DNA of 64,000 bases. Origin: Macrostomum lignano (Eukaryota). The notes under the pieces are model-generated. The model was not told the DNA's origin. It did not search any database and saw only the letters and a program-made list of their open reading frames with translations. Both the position numbers and the translations under genes were made by a program. The stretch is from NCBI GenBank assembly GCA_002269645.1, contig NIVC01000785.1:62001-126000 (forward strand), given 5' to 3'. Below are positions 62,098 through 64,000 of this stretch, piece after piece (the stretch's first letter is position 1; every line of letters begins with the position of its first letter).

Positions 62098-64000
62098 TAT
62101 TTAAATGATCATTGTCTGGTGGGAGTATGTGACCATGAGATACCTGCATTTGGATCTTGAAATAACTAGATCTTGAGGTGAGGAGCATTTGTAAAACATT
62201 TCTCTTCCCAGAAATTGGGAACAAGCAGAACTCCACGGTCTGACCAACGGCTGTAGAGCTGCTTGACTGCAGACCACCCTAGAATTCCAAGCCAATCCAG
62301 ATCGAGCTGGCAGCCGCCTCCCCATCCCCAGACTCCGACTCGGGACTGCAGATTAAAACCCCATCTAGCTCAGCAACGCCTCAGCTTCGCATCCGCTATA
62401 GATCTGGCTAAAATCTGGCCGGCCGAGTCCGAGCAACACTCAGCGAGTAAAAGGTAATTGGCAATTCGGAATTAATTATAAAGTCATATTCGTCTGCGTT
62501 TCCGGTTTTTGTCGGAAAGTCCAGAAAGAAAAAAATTAGTCTACAGTTCGAACGCCTACGCTTAGCGCACTTCCTCCCCTTCGGAACTTTTGTCAACACT
62601 CGCGCCCCGAAGTCTGTCGGCACAGACATTATTTATCTCCTCATCAAGGTTGATACATCCGGCCGTAGGCCGGAAGCTGAGGCTCCTACACCATCTCAGC
62701 GCCTTCTTCTCGGTAATTGTCAGGTGAGGGCATTTCGCAGGCTAAGGCGAGGCAGGCCTGGCGCTGTAAACACGGCCTGCCGTCTCTTATCTGCTAGAGA
62801 GCCATCGACTCTCCCCATCGGATTCTGAGACGGGTTTGGGGGCAGGAGAGGAGAGGAGAGGAGGCGAAGGCCCCCGATACGGTCTCTGGCAGCAGATGGA
62901 CAGCGGGTATTAATAGTCTCACACTGCCTGCGTGCGCATATATGCTATCGCGTATACGTGCATAATTGCATATATGCTGCGGCCAGCCGAGCGAGCAGAA
63001 ACATCTCGCGATAGGTGGCGGCACAGCCTGTCGACAAACTGGCCATTCGGCTCATTCGATCATCTGAAATATTTGCCTAAGCACGACTGTCGTCTCGCAT
63101 CTCTGTCCGGGCTCCTGTTTCTCAGCCGACAGATTTATTCAACACCGATGGGATATTTCTCCCAAATTTCGTGGCCCGTAGTCTCTCCCTTGGGGGCGAC
63201 GGCACCTCAAGCGGCCTGAGGTCTTTAATTTGCACGCCCGCAGCTCAGATGTTTTGATATTCTCTCTGGCGATATGCAAATCGCGGATGCTGCTTCTGCG
63301 GCAGATTTCTTGCAGTGCCCTCCCGTCGACAAAATAAACAAAATAGACACCAATTCTGGCCTGCAGAAGTACACTGCTGCTTTTTTATCCTTTTCGATTT
63401 CACAAGAGATGCGATTTCCTTCGGGATGCACTTCCCAAGTACCCATGCAGTGACCACTTAAAAAAATAAAAATTGCAGGAAGGCTGTGGAAGCCCTGGCG
63501 CAACGCCAGAATAGAACTAGGGGTCGTGTCGCGAGAATCAAATGCGTTCCTTGCCAACCAGACCCTCCAGAGATCCTTGAGACCGTCTAAAGTGAACCCG
63601 GACGACAGTGTGCGGCACTGCTCAACGCTTAATCTGCGAACTAACCTTGGGGGCAACAAGAAAGAATAATTGCAAGAAAGATTAATATTTTAATGGTCTG
63701 GTGTCGATCTGCTGGTGTAAACACAACATCCATGGCGCACTCCTTACCCGAGGCGTCAAGACCCGCTTTCAGGGCGATTAATTTTGTGTTTTTTTTCAAC
63801 GCTGATCGGCTCACACTGAGCAGTAATTAGCGAATTGGTTCCTAATAAGGAATGCGCGCCCGACGGCGGAGGCGGCCTAACAACCCGGATGGAAGTCATG
63901 GAAGCAGACTCAAGAGCTGCAGTTTAAACATGCTTGCTTCCGGCTTTGAGAGATGAAATGCAGCGATGATTTTGAAATTACTTACGGGGGCTGCTTGAGG

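Overview
Eukaryotic, intron-rich animal DNA. It has GC-rich exons, GT-AG introns mostly filled by intron-specific mini/microsatellites, (TTAGGG)n, tRNA-derived SINEs, a mariner and BEL/Pao remnants. This architecture resembles the flatworm Macrostomum (inference, not a database result). By reading splice sites and checking phases by hand I assembled six genes: a Ser-rich/coiled-coil gene on the minus strand (13305->501, 4 exons, possibly CCSER-like), eIF3c (19093-29586, 9 exons, 923 aa), a class A GPCR on the minus strand (33322->31301, 2 exons), a GPCR-like gene with a ~300-aa Ala-rich insert (38821-41879, 3 exons), an orphan 319-aa protein with two C-terminal TM helices (44388-47731, 4 exons) and a tektin-3/5-like gene (51249-56836, 9 exons, 469 aa). 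The best finding is a pair of 86-nt, same-phase, paralogous and apparently mutually exclusive exons in the tektin (52520-52605 and 52816-52901). Other highlights are the Ala-rich GPCR, a 4.9-kb TIR element inserted into a (CAGA)n array, a 32-bp perfect palindrome with an 8-bp TSD (minimal hAT), inverted repeats around a BEL/Pao gag-protease remnant, and inverted minisatellite arrays around a GPCR exon. Most long ORFs in the supplied track are repeat artefacts.
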